This document shows positions 30,559 to 35,277 of a DNA stretch of 35,277 nt, piece after piece. The stretch is from Methanomassiliicoccales archaeon. Its GTDB lineage: Archaea > Thermoplasmatota > Thermoplasmata > Methanomassiliicoccales > UBA472. The stretch is from assembly GCA_050015815.1 (NCBI GenBank), contig JBEKAR010000001.1, positions 1 to 35,277 on the forward strand, read 5' to 3'. The notes beneath the pieces are model-generated. The model did not search any database and was not told where the DNA came from. It saw nothing but the letters and a program-made list of their open reading frames with translations. Both the position numbers and the translations under genes were made by a program. The number at the start of each line of letters is the position of its first letter. Within the stretch, counting starts at the first letter, position 1.

Positions 30559-33501
30559 ATGGAAATGAAAGCGAGGAAAATAGCAACAGGCATGCTGGTG
30601 GCAGTCCTGCTACTGTCGTCGATGGCGATCATATTGCCAGCGGCGATGGTCCAGGCAGCCGGCGCCTCAAGTGCGCAGATATCGTTCAACGTGGTGGACA
30701 CGAACAACCTGCCAGTCGCAGGGGCGACCGCCACTTTGACTGAAACACACACTTCGACAACGTACACGAACACATCGAACGCCGGCGGTCTGGTCACGTT
30801 CTCCCCGCTCCCTGGTTACTACCTACTAACGATAACCAAGACGGGATACTATACTCTGCAGTATTCGGCCGTGGTGAAGTTCAATGGGGTCAATTCTGCC
30901 TCCCTTGGACCGATCCAGATCGCGCCGCTCCCTGCAGCGACCGGAAGCCTCACGGTGATCGTTACCCCGGGTACGGCCAGTGTGACGATGACGACCATTG
31001 ACTACAACTCGAACCCGAAGATGCAGGTCACCTACGCGGCGTTCACGGGCACGACGACCAAGTCGGTCTATCCCACAACGTACCACGTGGTACTGAGTTC
31101 GACGGGCTACGAGAACGAGGTCCGCAATGTGACGGTCGGGGCTGCCCCGGTGACACTTACCGTTTCGCTGAACGCGTCGGTGACGCTCAGCGGCTTCGTC
31201 TACAAGAACGGAGCCGCCCCGAGCGGCGTCACCGCGGTGCTGGTCTCCACGGACACGACGAAGTACGTCGAGAAGAGGATCATCCAACCGAGGGTCCTGA
31301 GCTCGAACTACTTCCTGTTCGACGCCTATCCCGACTCGTACACGCTCCTGGTGGATTCGGCCGATTCCGTGGCCTACATGGCCTCGGTGACCGTCCTGCC
31401 AGGGACGCCTCAGACGCTGAACGTGAACCTCGTGGCCCAGAGCGGCCAGAAGGACACGTCCATGGTCGCGTTCGGGGCCAACGACTGGAACTCGTTCAAC
31501 CTGACCCGGGTCATGAACAGGAACTTCGATGCGTCCTGGGCGAACATCCCATATAGCTACATCCCCAACCTGAGGATGCAGATCGACTTCGCCTTCGGTA
31601 ACGGCGATGGGGTAGTCCAGCCGAGCGAGTTCCAGGCGTTCCTGAACCGCGTGACCGCGTTCGGTCCGCAGAACGTCACCTCCGATTACATCGTGAGGGT
31701 GAACGGAACGAAGTACATGAACAGCGCGGACTTCACGCAGGTATCGTTCAGCAACATCTCTGGAACATCGGTCACGTCGACGAACGGATACATCGCAGCA
31801 TTCAAGACCCCGTACCAGTCGACGGCGACGATAACCAACGGCTACAGCGCCTACACCGTGCTCGGATACGCCAAGTATGACACCCTTTCCCTCAACTACA
31901 GAGAGACCCTGAAGTGGCCGAACGGATACGAGATGACGAGCAACACCACCCAGACATCATTCGTCAAGGTCTCGGGCTACCTGAACGTCACGATCGACAC
32001 GACGATCCGCACGTCTGGGACCGGGACCTACGAGCAGGTCACCATGGGCATCCAGCAGTCGATCGCCCCGAAGGCGGTCGGTGGCGTGGGAGTTCCCTCC
32101 AACTACGCATACGCCGTGACAAGCTCGACGGGCAAGGTGCTCTACTACATCGTCTCTACGAACCGGTCGATCGTCTACACCGGGAATGGCTCGTCCGACC
32201 CGAACGGCAATCCGCTGAAATACACCTGGAACTTCGTCGGAATCGGAACGGTCGGCCCGATCAGCAGCTCCTGGACAGGATTCAACATCAGCGTGGCTAC
32301 GTTCAATATCACGGTCGTTCTGACCGTGACTGACGTCGCTGGCCTGACCAACCAGAGCACGTTCTACATCAAGGCCGATGGGATCGCCCCGGTGGCAGAC
32401 TTCAGCGTGCAGAACCATACGGTCTCCGCCGGCACCCTGAGTGTCAACCAGAACGAGGCGCTGGTGTTCAACGGCGCTAGCTCCTACGACCACATCGCGA
32501 GCAACTCCGACGTCGGCGTCATCAAGACGTACGTGTACACATGGGGCGACGGCAACAAGACTACCGTGAGCGTGGGCGAGAACATGAACGTGACCAAGGC
32601 CTATGCCAGGCCGGGCACCTTCAACATGTTCCTGAACGTGACGGACGCCGCTGGACACTATGGCATCAAGTCCATCGTCGTCGTGGTGAAGGACAAGACC
32701 CCACCGGTCGTATTATTCTACGTCAGCCTGCCAGGCTCTACGAAAGCAATAGCGACGGCTCAGGAGAACGTCACGCTGGCCTTCAACGGCAATGGGACGT
32801 ACGATCCGTACGTCCCGTTCAGCCAGCTGAACTTCACCTGGACCTTCGGAGATGGTGCCAAGGCCTACGGCAGCTACGCCACCCACATGTACCAGAAGAT
32901 ACAGGTGTTCGCGCCGATGCTGACGGTTGTCAACCCGACGAACAACTCCGCAAACACGACACAAAGCCTGACCATCACGTCCCAGAAGAGGCCGGACCTG
33001 CGCGTTGTATCACTGACGTTCAGCCCATCGACCTTCACTGAGGGCGATTCGGGGACGATCATCGTCAACATCACCAACGTCGGCAACGATGTCGCAGGGG
33101 CGCCATACGTCGCGTTCTACATCCTGCAGAACTCCGCGGCGAAGACCCCGATCGGTAACTCGTCCAACCTTCAGGTCAACGGAACGACACCGGTCCCGTC
33201 CCAGCTCAAGCCGGGCGAGTACGGTGTGATCACCCTCTCCTGGACTCCATCGTCCAGGGGCAACTACACGATCTTCGTGAACGCAGTGACCAACGGTGAG
33301 ATCAACAAGACGGACAACACAGACCAAGCGCCGGTGACCGTCAACGAGGCGGCATGGAAGGCAGTGGCCCTCTACGGCGGAATCTTCGCCGTGATCATCG
33401 TGGTCATCGTCCTCTTCTACATGAGGAGGCGTCTGCCGAAGCTTCCGAAGATCGGCGGCAAGGGAAAGCCTGAGGAGAAGAAGCAGTCGGGCAAGAAGTA
33501 G
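30559..33501 (+). CDS. large secreted cell-surface glycoprotein (S-layer/adhesin candidate) with CarboxypepD_reg-like, PKD-like and CARDB-like domains and a C-terminal TM anchor
   Basis: Signal peptide KARKIATGMLVAVLLLSSMAIILPAAMVQAAGA. Three W/F-x-F/W-GDG type PKD-like repeats (YTWNFVGIG, YTWGDGNKT, FTWTFGDGAKA). CARDB-like PDLRVVSLTFSPSTFTEGDSGTIIVNITNVGN. About 28 N-x-S/T sequons by hand count. C-terminal helix AVALYGGIFAVIIVVIVLFY followed by a basic tail. The track start is TTG 30556; ATG 30559 sits 5 nt after GGGAGGG. Stop is TAG. Confidence 0.85.
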   Translation: MEMKARKIATGMLVAVLLLSSMAIILPAAMVQAAGASSAQISFNVVDTNNLPVAGATATLTETHTSTTYTNTSNAGGLVTFSPLPGYYLLTITKTGYYTLQYSAVVKFNGVNSASLGPIQIAPLPAATGSLTVIVTPGTASVTMTTIDYNSNPKMQVTYAAFTGTTTKSVYPTTYHVVLSSTGYENEVRNVTVGAAPVTLTVSLNASVTLSGFVYKNGAAPSGVTAVLVSTDTTKYVEKRIIQPRVLSSNYFLFDAYPDSYTLLVDSADSVAYMASVTVLPGTPQTLNVNLVAQSGQKDTSMVAFGANDWNSFNLTRVMNRNFDASWANIPYSYIPNLRMQIDFAFGNGDGVVQPSEFQAFLNRVTAFGPQNVTSDYIVRVNGTKYMNSADFTQVSFSNISGTSVTSTNGYIAAFKTPYQSTATITNGYSAYTVLGYAKYDTLSLNYRETLKWPNGYEMTSNTTQTSFVKVSGYLNVTIDTTIRTSGTGTYEQVTMGIQQSIAPKAVGGVGVPSNYAYAVTSSTGKVLYYIVSTNRSIVYTGNGSSDPNGNPLKYTWNFVGIGTVGPISSSWTGFNISVATFNITVVLTVTDVAGLTNQSTFYIKADGIAPVADFSVQNHTVSAGTLSVNQNEALVFNGASSYDHIASNSDVGVIKTYVYTWGDGNKTTVSVGENMNVTKAYARPGTFNMFLNVTDAAGHYGIKSIVVVVKDKTPPVVLFYVSLPGSTKAIATAQENVTLAFNGNGTYDPYVPFSQLNFTWTFGDGAKAYGSYATHMYQKIQVFAPMLTVVNPTNNSANTTQSLTITSQKRPDLRVVSLTFSPSTFTEGDSGTIIVNITNVGNDVAGAPYVAFYILQNSAAKTPIGNSSNLQVNGTTPVPSQLKPGEYGVITLSWTPSSRGNYTIFVNAVTNGEINKTDNTDQAPVTVNEAAWKAVALYGGIFAVIIVVIVLFYMRRRLPKLPKIGGKGKPEEKKQSGKK

Positions 33502-33521
33502 GCAAACCTCTTAGAAATCCC

Positions 33522-33539
33522 TTTCTTCTTACATTTTTC
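33522..33539 (+). terminator. oligo-T archaeal terminator candidate after the surface-protein gene
   Basis: TTTCTTCTTACATTTTTC begins 20 nt after the stop codon. Confidence 0.4.
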
Positions 33540-33554
33540 ACCTCCAGCGAGAAG

Positions 33555-33563
33555 CTTTTTATC
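33555..33563 (+). promoter_or_regulatory. BRE/TATA box of the lipoate ligase gene
   Basis: GAGAAGCTTTTTATCTCC, centre about 27 nt upstream of ATG 33586 (leaderless spacing). Confidence 0.45.
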
Positions 33564-33585
33564 TCCGCCACAGGCTCTAAGGACG

Positions 33586-34314
33586 ATGCTCCTGAGGGTG
33601 GTGGACAGCGGGGTCATCGATCCGGTGAGGTCGGTCGCCACCGATGAAGCGATGCTCATGGCCAGGCATCTGAGGATTGTGCCGAACTCACTCCATTTGT
33701 ACATACGTGACCGCCCCGTCGTGTCGCTCGGCTACTTCGAGAAGGAGGAGGAAGCGGTCGATCTCGGCGTCGCGAAGGCCAAGAACGTCACCGTCGTAAA
33801 AAGGGCGAGCGGGGGCAGCGCGATCTACACCGATCCAGGGCAGTTAATCTATGCTCTGGTGCTCGACAGCGAAATGGCCCCGGAGAGCCCCGAGGAGATG
33901 TTCAAGCAGACCTGCGGAGGCGTCGTCAAAGCGCTGGACGTGCTCGGGCTGAAGGCGGAGTTCAAGCCATTGAACGACGTCCTGGTCAACCACCGCAAGA
34001 TCTCGGGGAGCGCACAGTTGCGCCGCTGGGACGTGGTCCTGCAACACGGCACAATGATGGTGGACACCGACATCGACCTGATGTTCGAGGTGCTGCGCAC
34101 GCGGAAGAAGGGGCGCTCCAAGGACTCGGTAACCACGCTGGCGAAGGAGCTCGGCGAGGTGCCGACGATGGACCGTGTCAAGCACGCCATGGTCGAGGGG
34201 ATATCGGGCGCCTTCGGCATGGAACCGATGAACGGCGTCCTCTCTCACTATGAAAGGAAGACGATCGACTCGCTCATCTCAGGAAAGATGAAAAACGAGC
34301 CTCCGCTCAGCTGA
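33586..34314 (+). CDS. lplA: lipoate-protein ligase A catalytic domain protein (BPL/LplA/LipB family)
   Basis: 242 aa. RASGGSAIYTDPGQL and the lysine box NHRKISGSAQ typical of LplA-type ligases. No C-terminal accessory domain. Confidence 0.8.
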   Translation: MLLRVVDSGVIDPVRSVATDEAMLMARHLRIVPNSLHLYIRDRPVVSLGYFEKEEEAVDLGVAKAKNVTVVKRASGGSAIYTDPGQLIYALVLDSEMAPESPEEMFKQTCGGVVKALDVLGLKAEFKPLNDVLVNHRKISGSAQLRRWDVVLQHGTMMVDTDIDLMFEVLRTRKKGRSKDSVTTLAKELGEVPTMDRVKHAMVEGISGAFGMEPMNGVLSHYERKTIDSLISGKMKNEPPLS

Positions 34315-34315
34315 G

Positions 34316-34807
34316 CTACTTCACGCCGCCCAGGTCGAGGAACGCGATCTTCCTCGCATCGATGAAGAAGCCGGCCTTCTTATGCATCGTGACCGACTTC
34401 GGGTTGTCCGGCATGATTGCGCTGGACACCGCCAACGCCCCCTTCTTCTTCGATTCGGTGGCGAGTCGCTTGAGGAGCTGCAGCCCGATGCCACGCCTGC
34501 GATAGGAGGGGTGGACGCCGATGTTCTCGATCCAGACGACCTTAGGGATGTTGCTCATGTGCTCCACCATCTGGGCGAAGACATAGCCGACGATCTGACC
34601 ATCCTCCTTGGCCACGAAGCTCAGGCCTGAACCGAGGTAGTGCTCGAACGAACCCTTCGCCGTCGCGCCAAGCTTCTCCACGAAATCCTGGTTGAGGTCG
34701 TCCCACTTCCTTCCCAGGGTCGCCTCGAAGTACTCCTTCATGATGAAAAGCTCGAGCGCCCGCACGTGACCCTTGTCTTCCTTGGTTAGCTTGGCGATCT
34801 GCGCCAT
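34316..34807 (-). CDS. GNAT family N-acetyltransferase
   Basis: Acetyl-CoA box VHPSYRRRGIGLQLLKRL. ATG 34807 shares one base with the argS stop (TGATG), giving MAQIAKLTKEDKG.... The track ORF extends to 34864 inside argS. Stop is TAG. Confidence 0.8.
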   Translation of the reverse strand: MAQIAKLTKEDKGHVRALELFIMKEYFEATLGRKWDDLNQDFVEKLGATAKGSFEHYLGSGLSFVAKEDGQIVGYVFAQMVEHMSNIPKVVWIENIGVHPSYRRRGIGLQLLKRLATESKKKGALAVSSAIMPDNPKSVTMHKKAGFFIDARKIAFLDLGGVK

Positions 34808-35277
34808 CACATCTCCTCCGGGGCGGCGATTCCGAGAGAATCGAGGACGCTCCTGAGGACCCACATGGTCGATTCTACCAGAGAGAGCCTCGCATCCTGA
34901 AGCTCACCTGACCTCAGCACAGGCACATAGGCGTAGAACTGGTTGAAGGCCGATGCGACCTCGTGGCCGTACGCGGGCACCAGGTGGATCCTCCTCTTCT
35001 CCCCGCTATCCCTCAGGGTGGCGGGGTATAGCGCGAGGGCTCGAATAAGCTTTCGCTCGTATTCGTCCTGGAGCTGGTCCGGCGCGGCGACGCGCTTGAA
35101 TTCGGGAGCCTTCCGCAGGATCGAGCAGCAGCGGGCGTGCGAGTACTGAACGAACGGCGCGGAGTTGCCTTCGAAGTTCAATGCATCCTCCCACTTGAAG
35201 ACAAGCGCCTTCTCTGCTTGAACCCTGACGATGTTGAAGCGCAGCGCACCGCGGCCGATCTCCCGCGCGATGCGGAA
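34807..35277 (-). CDS. argS: arginyl-tRNA synthetase, C-terminal part (gene continues beyond the window end)
   Basis: The open minus frame to the window edge contains the DALR anticodon-binding domain (APFVQYSHARCCSILRKA..., ...AFNQFYAYVPVL...) and ends in ...GIAAPEEM, the usual ArgRS C-terminal Met. Confidence 0.85.
   Translation of the reverse strand, partial: FRIAREIGRGALRFNIVRVQAEKALVFKWEDALNFEGNSAPFVQYSHARCCSILRKAPEFKRVAAPDQLQDEYERKLIRALALYPATLRDSGEKRRIHLVPAYGHEVASAFNQFYAYVPVLRSGELQDARLSLVESTMWVLRSVLDSLGIAAPEEM

Noticed and set aside
33499-33588. The surface-protein TAG is in the same frame as lplA, with no intervening stop, so amber readthrough would fuse the two proteins. Similarly, 63 open codons follow the purF TAG.
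   Set aside because: The spacer contains an oligo-T terminator and a well-placed TATA box for lplA. A fusion makes no biological sense. Long stop-free runs are expected by chance in GC-rich sequence.
1-35277. CRISPR arrays, IS elements/transposases, prophage genes, toxin-antitoxin or known defence systems, rRNA, RNase P or SRP RNA
   Set aside because: I scanned both strands and all intergenic gaps by eye. I found no repeat-spacer periodicity, no DDE or serine/tyrosine recombinase motifs, and no conserved RNase P (GAGGAAAGTCC-type) or SRP helix-8 signatures.

Overview
GC-rich archaeal chromosomal window, densely coding on both strands. Lineage markers seen directly: LSm-L37e gene pair, ribosomal protein S3Ae, PurP (archaeal FAICAR synthetase), pyruvoyl arginine decarboxylase PdaD, heterodisulfide reductase HdrCB, a hydrogenase maturation protease, a tRNA with a bulge-helix-bulge intron at 37/38, and BRE/TATA-like boxes about 25-30 nt upstream of many start codons (leaderless mRNAs). 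Best guess, by inference only, is a Thermoplasmata / Methanomassiliicoccales-like euryarchaeon. I call 41 CDS (2 cut by the window edges; L37e, 55 aa, is missing from the ORF track), 3 tRNAs (Ala-GGC, intron-containing Met-CAU, Gln-CUG with encoded CCA), a set of promoter boxes, three palindromes and one oligo-T terminator. I found no rRNA, CRISPR array, transposase, integrase or recognisable defence gene. Most genes are housekeeping (purF, purP, pyrC, adk, argS, r-proteins, hdrCB). Candidates for something new, in order of interest: (1) a Ras/Rab-like small GTPase whose stop abuts the start of a V4R(Bet3-like)+DUF835 protein (17686..19158); (2) a Zn-ribbon-PUA-PP-loop(PAPS-reductase-like)-ferredoxin fusion that looks like an uncharacterised RNA-modifying enzyme (21252..23159); (3) a split RLAN + RimK-like ATP-grasp amidoligase pair next to tandem RimJ/L-type GNATs (25640..28258); (4) a PrsW-like protease, a single-pass membrane ORF with an in-frame TAG, and an M50 site-2 protease within 4 kb (20093..23906). 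All family assignments come from motifs read by eye; no HMM or BLAST search was run. Several start codons are non-ATG and uncertain. The track's longest ORFs are often over-extended, or are antisense shadows typical of GC-rich DNA.
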